A DNA stretch of 64,000 nucleotides, from the IMG/VR virus record IMGVR_UViG_3300047480_000598, positions 1 to 64,000 of that record. One strand, given 5' to 3'. Origin of the DNA: a virus. The translations under genes were made by a program, and so were the position numbers. The notes under the pieces are model-generated. The model was not told the origin of the DNA. It saw nothing but the letters and a program-made list of their open reading frames with translations, and searched no databases. Shown one piece after another: positions 7,990 to 17,265 of this stretch. Within the stretch, counting starts at the first letter, position 1. Every line of letters starts with the position of its first letter.

Positions 7990-10260
7990 ATGCCAACTAA
8001 ACCTACAGATACAAGAACAAATGCATTCCCAGAATTAGATGATTTTGACGGAATTCTAAAACCAAAGAAAGTAAACCCTTTATCAAAAGTTGAACCAGAA
8101 CCAGAACGTCATAGTCGTTCTAAAGCAGGTGACCCGGACTTAAGAAGAGCTTCTGCTGCTGATACAAGAGCAGCAACATCTGGAATTAATATTTCAGCAG
8201 GTGGAAGAGATAGATTACATCAAATGCCAGATCTTGGTCCTGACGAAATTGACGATGAAGAAGCGGCAAGACGAGCTGGATTAAGGCATGGCGGAGGACT
8301 TGAACCTCGTGAACCGGGTACTGACTTAGTGCAGCCGCGAGATTTAGCGAATGCTGCTCAAAATGCAGTTCAAGTTCAAGGTATGCAAAATCCTAAGTGG
8401 CATGCTATAAGACATTTGCCTGCATACTTAGCTAGTCAAGTTCGTAAGATGGGACGGGGAACATTTGGATTAATAACAGATACTCCTATTGAAGATATTA
8501 TTACTATTGCAAATTTAGGCGGACAAGGCCCAAACACTATAGAAGAAGTTAATGCAGTAGCAGGATGGATAATAGCCAACGGAGAGTTTGTTCGTAATGT
8601 TGATTTTGATTTTAGTCAAGTTATGCCCGATTACGAACCGTTAGTACGAGAATTTCGTGTTGGCGGTATACGATTCCACCTTGTACAAGATGATCGAGGA
8701 AATCCGGACGACTTTGACCCAAACGATCCAAGCAAGAAGGGAACATACGTTTATGCTTATCCTGAGCAAGATGCCAAGGAACCAGAATCGTTAGTAGTTA
8801 CTGATATTGGTCTTCCGGGACCCCCCGGCGGTATGCGTAGATTACCGAGATTTGAAGGTGAATCTTTAGCAAACGAAATGAGAAGAACTATTCAATTATT
8901 AGAATCGTCATATAGTAGTCCTTACGATATATTTAAAATGCAACAACCACAGGATAATAAAAAGGAGAGTAAAGTGGCCAGTTTATCGGATGAAATTAGA
9001 AAGAACATTCAATTATTAGAATCATTAGAAGAAGATATCGAAGGTTCGAAAGAAATTGATCAACTAATGGAAGAATTAGTTGCATTAGAAGCATATCGTG
9101 GAAAAGCGTCGAAGGCACGATATATGGACCCAGAAGCTCAAAAGAAGCGTATGGCTCGTCATTCGACATTAGCACCTTTAATATCAAAAGATCCTGGCGG
9201 ACCTCGATTAATTAGTTGGTTGCATAAGCAGTTAGGACTATCGGCGGAAGCTGACTGGGGCAGAGATCAGGCAGTTCGTTACAATGCAGCAACAATGCCG
9301 CATATGCCTAAGCAATCAGACAAAGAAATTTCTACTAGGTGGGGTTCCGGTGTATGGAGTGACAAAGTTAGAGATTCTCGTCAGTTATGGAGTATCATTA
9401 AGAGCTCTCCGGATAATTTCATCGTTTTTGTTGGAGAAAAAGGTGTAGGTGCAGTTCGTCCGAAGCCTGGTTATATCGAATCCATGAGAAAGTCCAAGGA
9501 CAACTATGAACCGGCGGCCGATAGAAACTTACCTTACATTTATGCGTTCTTTACAGCTGATCAGCAATGGTATAATAACAGCTCCGATGATGCTGGGGTA
9601 TTTGATCCGGACACCGGAAAGATTGCAACTAGAGGAGGATTATTCCATGGAGGAGATCAAAATTTTAATATAGTCGATGCTGTTACATCAATGATCGGTA
9701 AACTTAAACGAGCATATGCTGCATATCCTGCACCGGCTGATTATCCTCATCCTGAAGATCTAGAGTACGACGACGAAGGAAATCCGATCCCACGTTCGAA
9801 AGATAGACCATCGGTTGAAAGAGAAAAGATTGCTCAAAGAGCAGCATCAAGAGCAACCCCGGCAAATACTCGTAGTAAACATCAATTAGAAAGTGATGTA
9901 TTTGAAAAAATTAAACCTGTTATGTCTAAACTTTGCAAAAATGCTGTAGGAATGGTTAATCGAAAGGCACAGAGAGCAGTTAACGGCGGTAACTGGGACG
10001 AGGCCCAAAGAGTGGCTAGAGTAGGTAACACGCTTAACACAATTATTGCTGCACTTGACAATCCGCAAGAACCAGGTGTGCCTTATCAACTAAGTGAGAA
10101 ATATAGAAGCGCATTGCAATATGCTGCATCGGAACACGGAGTCAATATCAGAGATGATCAAGATTACAAAGACTTCTTATTGTCTGCATTAACCGCCGGT
10201 CCCGAAACTAAGTCGATCCTTGATGCGGTACGTTCGGTATTAGTCGGTGTACAACTTTAA
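7990..10260 (+). CDS. Large multidomain putative head protein; C-terminal half belongs to the local paralogue family
   Basis: ORF track 7978..10260 (TTG start); ATG 7990 more likely; TAAATA 7960-7965; internal repeats EMRRTIQLLES / EIRKNIQLLES. Confidence 0.7.
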   Translation: MPTKPTDTRTNAFPELDDFDGILKPKKVNPLSKVEPEPERHSRSKAGDPDLRRASAADTRAATSGINISAGGRDRLHQMPDLGPDEIDDEEAARRAGLRHGGGLEPREPGTDLVQPRDLANAAQNAVQVQGMQNPKWHAIRHLPAYLASQVRKMGRGTFGLITDTPIEDIITIANLGGQGPNTIEEVNAVAGWIIANGEFVRNVDFDFSQVMPDYEPLVREFRVGGIRFHLVQDDRGNPDDFDPNDPSKKGTYVYAYPEQDAKEPESLVVTDIGLPGPPGGMRRLPRFEGESLANEMRRTIQLLESSYSSPYDIFKMQQPQDNKKESKVASLSDEIRKNIQLLESLEEDIEGSKEIDQLMEELVALEAYRGKASKARYMDPEAQKKRMARHSTLAPLISKDPGGPRLISWLHKQLGLSAEADWGRDQAVRYNAATMPHMPKQSDKEISTRWGSGVWSDKVRDSRQLWSIIKSSPDNFIVFVGEKGVGAVRPKPGYIESMRKSKDNYEPAADRNLPYIYAFFTADQQWYNNSSDDAGVFDPDTGKIATRGGLFHGGDQNFNIVDAVTSMIGKLKRAYAAYPAPADYPHPEDLEYDDEGNPIPRSKDRPSVEREKIAQRAASRATPANTRSKHQLESDVFEKIKPVMSKLCKNAVGMVNRKAQRAVNGGNWDEAQRVARVGNTLNTIIAALDNPQEPGVPYQLSEKYRSALQYAASEHGVNIRDDQDYKDFLLSALTAGPETKSILDAVRSVLVGVQL

Positions 10261-10290
10261 TATTAATTGGTGTAGACCTTTAGTATAAGT

Positions 10291-11175
10291 ATGTCACTTG
10301 CGGCTGAGAGAATTAGAGAACTATTAAACGCGATCGAACTCTCTCAGCCGCATCTTCTACTCGAAGAGACGGATTACAACATCTTAAAAAATGCTGTTGG
10401 TGGAAAAGAATTGTTTAAGTTCTTACGACAGAAAAATTTAACTAATCATTTAGGTGATTTTCAAGAAGCAGAGACTGGTCCTAATGGGTATCCTTCGATA
10501 TACCAGTTTGGGATTGCTGTAGGGGATAGCGGATGTGCATTTCTTGAATATGTCGGTGTTACTTATAGTCAATACAAAACAAATATATGGGTCCGAAATA
10601 ACAATGGGGAATTAGAACATAACGTTAAAAATGCTAATGCATTTGCTGTAAAAGAGCTTGTAGGACCAAATACAAAATTCTTTACAACTGGAATGTTTAG
10701 TACTGGAAAAGGCGAAGATGATCGTTTAAAATCTCGCAATTTAACACGGGTTAGAAATTACTCTAAAAACGAAAACTTGAATTATAACTTTAAACATATT
10801 ATATTTTATAACCTAATTCCAGTTTTAGTTCCTATACTTAAAAAATCTTTGTTAGATTCTCGGGATACTCTAAAAGATGCATTTGCTCGAGGTGATTACG
10901 CAGCAGCTGAGTCTTTAAGTAAACAATTAAATGATATCAATTCGGCAATAGTTGATTTGGGTCCCACAGAAAGAATTACACTTGGAGTGATGCCTCACAC
11001 TTTTATTCGAAATTTAGTTTTTGATGCTATCGAACAAACTTTTAACAGAATAGACAGCTCACACCCTGGAAAAGAAGCTAGAAGAATCGAATGGGGTGTA
11101 GCTGTAGCAAAGGGAGATAAGAAAGGCCTAGCGCAAATCATTCGAACTATTAAACAAAAGTTACATGTGAGATAA
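10291..11175 (+). CDS. Paralogue-family putative head/ejected protein
   Basis: N-term ERIRELLNAIE; GGKELFKFLR, AVGDSGCAF, LIPVL..DAFARGDYAAAE. Confidence 0.7.
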   Translation: MSLAAERIRELLNAIELSQPHLLLEETDYNILKNAVGGKELFKFLRQKNLTNHLGDFQEAETGPNGYPSIYQFGIAVGDSGCAFLEYVGVTYSQYKTNIWVRNNNGELEHNVKNANAFAVKELVGPNTKFFTTGMFSTGKGEDDRLKSRNLTRVRNYSKNENLNYNFKHIIFYNLIPVLVPILKKSLLDSRDTLKDAFARGDYAAAESLSKQLNDINSAIVDLGPTERITLGVMPHTFIRNLVFDAIEQTFNRIDSSHPGKEARRIEWGVAVAKGDKKGLAQIIRTIKQKLHVR

Positions 11176-11177
11176 AA

Positions 11178-12050
11178 ATGTCTACAGAACAAATTCGATC
11201 GTTATTAAACATACTGACAGAAGAACAAGATACTAAAATATTGAAGGGTGTAATCGGTGGGAAACAACTAGTACGATATCTTCGTCAAAGTGGTGTGTTT
11301 ACTCACTTAGCAGACTTTGTCGAAACTCCGTACGATATTAATCAAGCATATTATTCTCAAACAATCGTAGTCGGCGAACATGGCTGTGCATTTATGACCG
11401 GAAAGTCGACCGGAAGAATAGGTGATCTGCCTGACTGGAGTATTAAAGTATTTTATGATTCTGGATATGGGACTGCCCTCTTTAGCGTCGAAGGATTTCC
11501 TTACGGTATGGAGGAAAAAATCGGTCCAATTCGAAAGATGTATGTAAATGTAGAACCTGAAAAAAGTCAGCCTCGAAAATTTCCTAGAAAAGTAAATCGA
11601 AATCAAGAATTACAAGATCAGTATAGATTTGTTAGACACGAATTTGTGACAAGGATGTTTGAAAGACTAGTACCAGTTATGATTCCAGTAATTAAGCAAT
11701 CAGTAAATTCAATCAAACCAGCAATGAGTGATGCAGTTAATAACGGTGACTATGATCGATTAGAAATATTATCTAGAAGAGCAAACGTTCTAGATTATGT
11801 AATTGCCGGAATTAACCAATCAGAAAACGAATTATCTCCGCAACTCGAAGCTATTCTCAGTCAAATTATTATTCGTGTTTATTCTTTAACTACTGGGACA
11901 GAAGTCGACGATTACGATGATGTACGAGGTAGAACTATGATAGGTTCAACATACGACTATGTTGAATGGGCGTATACAACATATCGAGACAACAAATACC
12001 TCCCACAATTTGTTAAAGCATTTAAAGATTACTTGGCAGGAAAGATATAA
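11178..12050 (+). CDS. Paralogue-family putative head/ejected protein
   Basis: MSTEQIRSLLNILTE; GGKQLVRYLR, VVGEHGCAF, LVPVM..DAVNNGDYDRLE. Confidence 0.7.
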   Translation: MSTEQIRSLLNILTEEQDTKILKGVIGGKQLVRYLRQSGVFTHLADFVETPYDINQAYYSQTIVVGEHGCAFMTGKSTGRIGDLPDWSIKVFYDSGYGTALFSVEGFPYGMEEKIGPIRKMYVNVEPEKSQPRKFPRKVNRNQELQDQYRFVRHEFVTRMFERLVPVMIPVIKQSVNSIKPAMSDAVNNGDYDRLEILSRRANVLDYVIAGINQSENELSPQLEAILSQIIIRVYSLTTGTEVDDYDDVRGRTMIGSTYDYVEWAYTTYRDNKYLPQFVKAFKDYLAGKI

Positions 12051-12910
12051 TGAGCACTGAACAAATTAGATCACTATTAAATTTATTAAACGAATCGATA
12101 TTAGTCGAAGATAATATAAGTCAAATTTTGAATAGTGCCCCTTCTGGAGAATCTCTTAAGAAATATCTTTTAGGACGTATAATGTCTCACAAATCTAATT
12201 TTGAAAAAGGCACATTGTCGAGTATTATGAAAAGTAGAACTAAATTTTCTAAAGATAATAATGCAATAATAATCGGAACACAAGGGTGTGCATACAAACC
12301 AGCCGACGATGACGATTTTACTGACGGGGGAGCAGTACATATGTTTTCACCTTATGCTACTAGTCGCAGCAGGCCATATCTCGGATCGTATATGGTTATC
12401 AGTGGTAGGGTTGCAGATTTAAAACAAGTAATCGGTGATATAAAGGCAGTATATGTTGCAACAAATTTAATCGCTAAGGAAAAATCGGATGAGCAACGAT
12501 TTAGCAGATTCAAAGATCATTACAGTTACGTGCATACAATTAATAAAACAATATTACCGGTAATAGTTTCATATGAGCATCAGGTAATTAACAATTTAAA
12601 GAATAAAATTCATGATTTGTTTCGTGACGGAAAATATGAAGAAGCAGAACGAGTATCTAAATTTGCAAATTATGTTGTAAGATTATACACAGATTTTAAA
12701 AATCCTAATTCTGGAGCAGCATTTCGTTTTATGGAAACTGTCTTAAAAAATTTACTTATGAATCGTAGTATGGATTCTACCGGAGATTTTCAGGGGTTTA
12801 TAGATCAAGAAAAATTATCAAATTTTGTGATGGATGTTGCAACCGGAAGCACGACAAATCGATTAAAAGTGATACGATTCATTAAAAATTATTTGTCCGG
12901 AAATCAATAA
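12050..12910 (+). CDS. Paralogue-family putative head/ejected protein
   Basis: MSTEQIRSLLNLLNE; IIGTQGCAY, ILPVI..DLFRDGKYEEAE; TAATG stop/start coupling. Confidence 0.7.
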   Translation: MSTEQIRSLLNLLNESILVEDNISQILNSAPSGESLKKYLLGRIMSHKSNFEKGTLSSIMKSRTKFSKDNNAIIIGTQGCAYKPADDDDFTDGGAVHMFSPYATSRSRPYLGSYMVISGRVADLKQVIGDIKAVYVATNLIAKEKSDEQRFSRFKDHYSYVHTINKTILPVIVSYEHQVINNLKNKIHDLFRDGKYEEAERVSKFANYVVRLYTDFKNPNSGAAFRFMETVLKNLLMNRSMDSTGDFQGFIDQEKLSNFVMDVATGSTTNRLKVIRFIKNYLSGNQ

Positions 12911-13875
12911 TGAGTACGCAAGATTTTCGACATTTAATCAATCTTCTAACGGAATCGGCTGAACAGTTAAACGAAGCGCGGGCAACATCTATCTTAAAAA
13001 TTAACGAAAGTCGAAAAATTCTCTTAGAAGATCAACTCGGTCGAGTGTTAAGTAAAGAAGTCGGCGGCGATCAACTAATGAATATGTTAAGGTCTTTTCG
13101 AATAGTGTATAATGATGCAAAATTTGAAGAAGTTCCTTATAGTACATTACTCGACGATGATTTTTTTAAGCAACCGATGCAAGCAGTTGTCGTTGGGACA
13201 ACAGGTTGTGCTGTAGTACGTCCCGGAGGCCCGGGCCCATTTTTAAAGTATTTTGTTCGAGGCTATGAGAAAAAAGCAAAACTAAATCCGGAATATTTTA
13301 CAGCTAATCAACCTGGTCAGATGCTACACTTTATCGGCAATATTAAAAACTGTTATTTGATTCGTAATCCAAGACCGCAGACACAAGGATTAGAAATAAG
13401 AAGACAAAATAGAGCAAGTGAATATAAAAACGAAGAAACTTTAATGGATCAAATCTTTAAACGAATTCGTCCGATATTAGCACCAATCATTAAAAAATCT
13501 TTCTTAGAAGTGCAACGCTTGTACAAAGATGCTATCAATAATGGAGACTATCAGACCGCAGAGATGTACGGTAGTGCTGCTTCTAAATCAAATACTTTAC
13601 TTGCTATTTTATCAAAAGATGATTTAACATCTCTCCCAGGGCACGATGGCGGAGTTAATTATAGTCGTAAATTTGTCGAGATAGTTCGAAATGCATTTAC
13701 TGATATGTATAAAAAATATCCTCCTTATGATTTATATGGTGGCCCGGAGGATACTGCTGAAGATGTAGAAGCTATGAAACTTTATTCGAACTTTTTAAGT
13801 AATGCAGCAGATAATACCGGTAAAGAGGTTAAATACATTATTGATAGATTTAGAGAATATTGCTTAACAGGATAA
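12910..13875 (+). CDS. Paralogue-family putative head/ejected protein
   Basis: MSTQDFRHLINLLTE; GGDQLMNMLR, VVGTTGCAV, IRPIL..DAINNGDYQTAE. Confidence 0.7.
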   Translation: MSTQDFRHLINLLTESAEQLNEARATSILKINESRKILLEDQLGRVLSKEVGGDQLMNMLRSFRIVYNDAKFEEVPYSTLLDDDFFKQPMQAVVVGTTGCAVVRPGGPGPFLKYFVRGYEKKAKLNPEYFTANQPGQMLHFIGNIKNCYLIRNPRPQTQGLEIRRQNRASEYKNEETLMDQIFKRIRPILAPIIKKSFLEVQRLYKDAINNGDYQTAEMYGSAASKSNTLLAILSKDDLTSLPGHDGGVNYSRKFVEIVRNAFTDMYKKYPPYDLYGGPEDTAEDVEAMKLYSNFLSNAADNTGKEVKYIIDRFREYCLTG

Positions 13876-13879
13876 TTAA

Positions 13880-15004
13880 ATGTTTTTACGTGAATTACTT
13901 TATAGAACAAAAAGAAGGCTTTTAAACGAAGCATTATCAAAAGGATCTCAAACTGTACTTACTCACAAAAGTAAAGCTAATTTGTTTCCAGCAATCGGAG
14001 ATGCATTAAGAGACGATGCAATGCACACTCCTCAATACTTTTTTGGACAAGCTGCGGCAGTTAAAAAAATGACCGACGAACAAGCAGTTACTTGGTTCCT
14101 TGAAAAATTAGATGCCATGGAAGAAGCAGGATACAACGGAGTTAGAACGTCAACTGACGGTAAGTTTAATTTGTGGGTTGCAACATCATATGCAAATGGT
14201 CGCGATACTTGGGAAGATATTAAAGGTAAGTTACAGCCAATAATGTATAAATTTAAAGTATTAAAAGATGCAAACCCATCTCCTCTTCGCCCAGAACATT
14301 CAAGTATAACAAATTTTTCCAGCATACGAGAAGCTGCTCTTTATATAACAACACATTACGGAAATGTACTCGACGAGTTACTGAAAAGAAAGGAGACATC
14401 TGTTGCTGAAAAGTTTAACAATAAATTTGCTAGGGCATTCGAACTAGTAGACAATGAAGATTACAAAATTTTTATCGTTTTAAATCGATGTGCTGCAATG
14501 AAATTAGCTAGAGGTGCAATATGGTGTACAGGAATGTTACATACTGATGATCATTTTATTCACTATACTAGTAAGGCAATGGTATTTGTTGTCCTCCCAA
14601 AAGATGCTCAACATGTCGACAAGGCGAAAGGAGGAAGACAAATTCAGGGACCAGAAAAATATCAGTTTGATGCCGGCGGTCCCTACTTTATGGATATTGC
14701 CGACGACATGCAATCTAGAGATTTTGTAAAAAACAGATTTCCTTATCTATATAAAGATGTAGTCGGTGCATTACAAGAAAATAAAGAAGATTTAACCGAC
14801 ATTATGATCAACTTATCTCAAGACGAAAAATTGTTAATGGACGATCGATCAAAAACATTGAAATACGATGTAGACAATGAAATTCAAAAATTGAGAGTCT
14901 TTATTGACCGAGGATATATGTCCGAAGTCGAACGGCCGCCGGCTCCTGAAGTAGATCCTAATGCAGCACCTGAAGCAGGAGCACAACCTCCGCAAATTCA
15001 ATAA
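13880..15004 (+). CDS. Putative head protein with WCT-motif domain (MFLRELL...LLNE)
   Basis: 374-aa ORF; GAIWCTG..F..Y..EKYQF motif; Pro/Ala-rich tail. Confidence 0.65.
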   Translation: MFLRELLYRTKRRLLNEALSKGSQTVLTHKSKANLFPAIGDALRDDAMHTPQYFFGQAAAVKKMTDEQAVTWFLEKLDAMEEAGYNGVRTSTDGKFNLWVATSYANGRDTWEDIKGKLQPIMYKFKVLKDANPSPLRPEHSSITNFSSIREAALYITTHYGNVLDELLKRKETSVAEKFNNKFARAFELVDNEDYKIFIVLNRCAAMKLARGAIWCTGMLHTDDHFIHYTSKAMVFVVLPKDAQHVDKAKGGRQIQGPEKYQFDAGGPYFMDIADDMQSRDFVKNRFPYLYKDVVGALQENKEDLTDIMINLSQDEKLLMDDRSKTLKYDVDNEIQKLRVFIDRGYMSEVERPPAPEVDPNAAPEAGAQPPQIQ

Positions 15005-15012
15005 ATAGATTC

Positions 15013-15828
15013 ATGACATTATGGGTATTCGGCGATAGCTATGCTAACGGTTATGAATCAAAAGATTGGTTTTGGTCCGAATCGTTAGCAACTAAACTTT
15101 CTACAGATTTACAAAATTTTGGCGAAAGTGGCACTGGTCTAGAGTATACATATGCTGAATTTCAAAATTGTTATCATAAAATTCAAAAGAACGATGTTAT
15201 TGTAATTTGTTTTACACAATTCCATCGACAATTTTTTATTCCATCTCATCCACAAATTTCAATAGCAGCTTCGTTAGATAATGTGTTTATAACACCTAGA
15301 GAAATTAAAAGAGAATATAAAACTGCATTTGAACTTTTTCATAAAAAGTTGTATAGAGAAGAAAATGCAAAAACTAACTTTACAAATTTTTTATTCTTTT
15401 TAGAATACGTATCTAATCAATTAGACTTACAAATTATCGGATTACCTTGTTTTTCCGATGTTGAAGAATTCTTATTGCATAACAAATATAAATTCCCTTC
15501 AATACATTTTGCATCCGGTAATTTATTTAATATATCAAAGGACGAGTGTGTTGACGACGAAGTAGTAGAAGTATTTTACTTTCACGAAGCAAGAGCAAAT
15601 CACATGTGTAGAAGAAACCATGAGGTACTGTTTAATAAGTTATTAAATTATCTAGATAACAAAAAAGACATTAATCTTAACACAGATTTTCATAAATCTT
15701 TTATGACCAAAGAGTTATGTATTGATAAAGATTTTGCAAATTACGAATATTTAGATCCTAATAAGATGTGTGAAGTAACAAAACACAACTTGTTTCATCG
15801 TTTTATCAAAAGACCAAACTTTCCTTAA
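15013..15828 (+). CDS. SGNH/GDSL hydrolase-like protein (paralogue of 1657..2388)
   Basis: WVFGDSY, NFGESGTGLEYTY, EARANH; TAAATA 15002-15007, 5 nt upstream of the ATG. Confidence 0.65.
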   Translation: MTLWVFGDSYANGYESKDWFWSESLATKLSTDLQNFGESGTGLEYTYAEFQNCYHKIQKNDVIVICFTQFHRQFFIPSHPQISIAASLDNVFITPREIKREYKTAFELFHKKLYREENAKTNFTNFLFFLEYVSNQLDLQIIGLPCFSDVEEFLLHNKYKFPSIHFASGNLFNISKDECVDDEVVEVFYFHEARANHMCRRNHEVLFNKLLNYLDNKKDINLNTDFHKSFMTKELCIDKDFANYEYLDPNKMCEVTKHNLFHRFIKRPNFP

Positions 15829-17249
15829 AAGTCGTCATCTGGCGGTAAGTTATTAAGAAGTTGCCTTAATTTTGAACTTTCAACATTGGCATTGATCTTT
15901 CCAACACTCATCGATGGCATTATTTCTCCAGTTGATTGATCTACAGTTGATCTATTTTTAATCTGCGTTAATAATGAAGATCCGGCCGATTGCGGAGGAC
16001 TATATCCACTATCATCCTCATCTAAATCTACAATTCTTAAAGTGTCGATGTTAAACTCTAAGTCAATTTTTTGCCCAACACCGCTAGAACTTCTTGTTTT
16101 CATAAGTTGTAATTGATATCTTCCTTTTTCTCTCATTGCTCTACTTGTAAAAATACCAAATACATTATCAGCAGTTTGAATTTTAGATAATCCGCCTGAG
16201 ATATGACTATGATCAAATTCTACTTCTTCTACTGCACCTCTGTTTAACTGACTAGCTGTTACAAAAATACAGTTCTTCTCAACGGCAAGATTTCTTAATT
16301 CTTCAGATACATATTTGTCTTTAATGAACAAATCTGCAGGACTAATTTTCTTACTGATAGGCATTAACAAATCTAAGTAATCTACTAACAATACATCTAT
16401 TTTTTGACCGATTCTAATTTCATACTCTTTAAGATATGATCGAAGGTCGTTTGCAGTTTTTCCGCTAGGCATATACTTAACTTGCATACTTCCTGCTTTC
16501 TTTCCGATCATTTTAACCTTCATTTCAACGTCATCCATATTTTTAAATATTTCTCGACTAGAAATGCCTGTAATCATACTATCGATACGCATAGATACTA
16601 GTTCTTCACTAAGTTCTAATGTTAAGTATAATACATTTAGTCCTGCAAGTGCCCAGTTGACTCCAAGATTTGCTAAGAACAAAGATTTTCCAGCGCCAGA
16701 GCCGCCTGCAAAAATATTCAGTTCTCCACGATTCATACCTCCAAACAATCTATCATCCATAGATTTCCATCCGGTTGATATTTGTCCGTTTTTATCTTTG
16801 ATCTTCATTAATCGTGCTCTTGGATTTTCAAAATAATTAGTTCCAAGATCCTTAGTAAGGCCGACTTGAACAGCCTTTTTAATCATATCTTCAACCGGTC
16901 CATATTCTCCTTTTTCGAGCATGTCTGAAGACTCTAAGATAGCTCTTTCAAGACCTTTATGTCGAATAAATGTCTCAAATTCGTTCAACAACCAATCGTA
17001 ATGCTTGTCTTGAAGATCGTGAGTCACTTTGAAATCAACTTTTGTAGCAGCGACAATAATTTGTTCAGTGGGCATAACATTATGTTCTTTAACATATTCG
17101 TTGATGAACTCAGCCGACTCTTGAAGTCTACGATCAAACAATGTATGATCAAATATCGACTGACATCTTGCAAATGATGCTGCATCCGAAAGCATCATTT
17201 CTAAATATAATTTTTGAATGTCATAGCCATAGTCGATATTTTGTTTCAT
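15825..17249 (-). CDS. gp41: DnaB-family replicative helicase (T4 gp41-like)
   Basis: Walker A GGSGAGKS, LTLELSEE, Walker B LLVDYLD, TASQLNR, KTR; likely start MKQNID at 17249 (ORF track 17285). Confidence 0.92.
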   Translation of the reverse strand: MKQNIDYGYDIQKLYLEMMLSDAASFARCQSIFDHTLFDRRLQESAEFINEYVKEHNVMPTEQIIVAATKVDFKVTHDLQDKHYDWLLNEFETFIRHKGLERAILESSDMLEKGEYGPVEDMIKKAVQVGLTKDLGTNYFENPRARLMKIKDKNGQISTGWKSMDDRLFGGMNRGELNIFAGGSGAGKSLFLANLGVNWALAGLNVLYLTLELSEELVSMRIDSMITGISSREIFKNMDDVEMKVKMIGKKAGSMQVKYMPSGKTANDLRSYLKEYEIRIGQKIDVLLVDYLDLLMPISKKISPADLFIKDKYVSEELRNLAVEKNCIFVTASQLNRGAVEEVEFDHSHISGGLSKIQTADNVFGIFTSRAMREKGRYQLQLMKTRSSSGVGQKIDLEFNIDTLRIVDLDEDDSGYSPPQSAGSSLLTQIKNRSTVDQSTGEIMPSMSVGKINANVESSKLRQLLNNLPPDDDF

Positions 17250-17265
17250 ATATAAATTGTAACTC

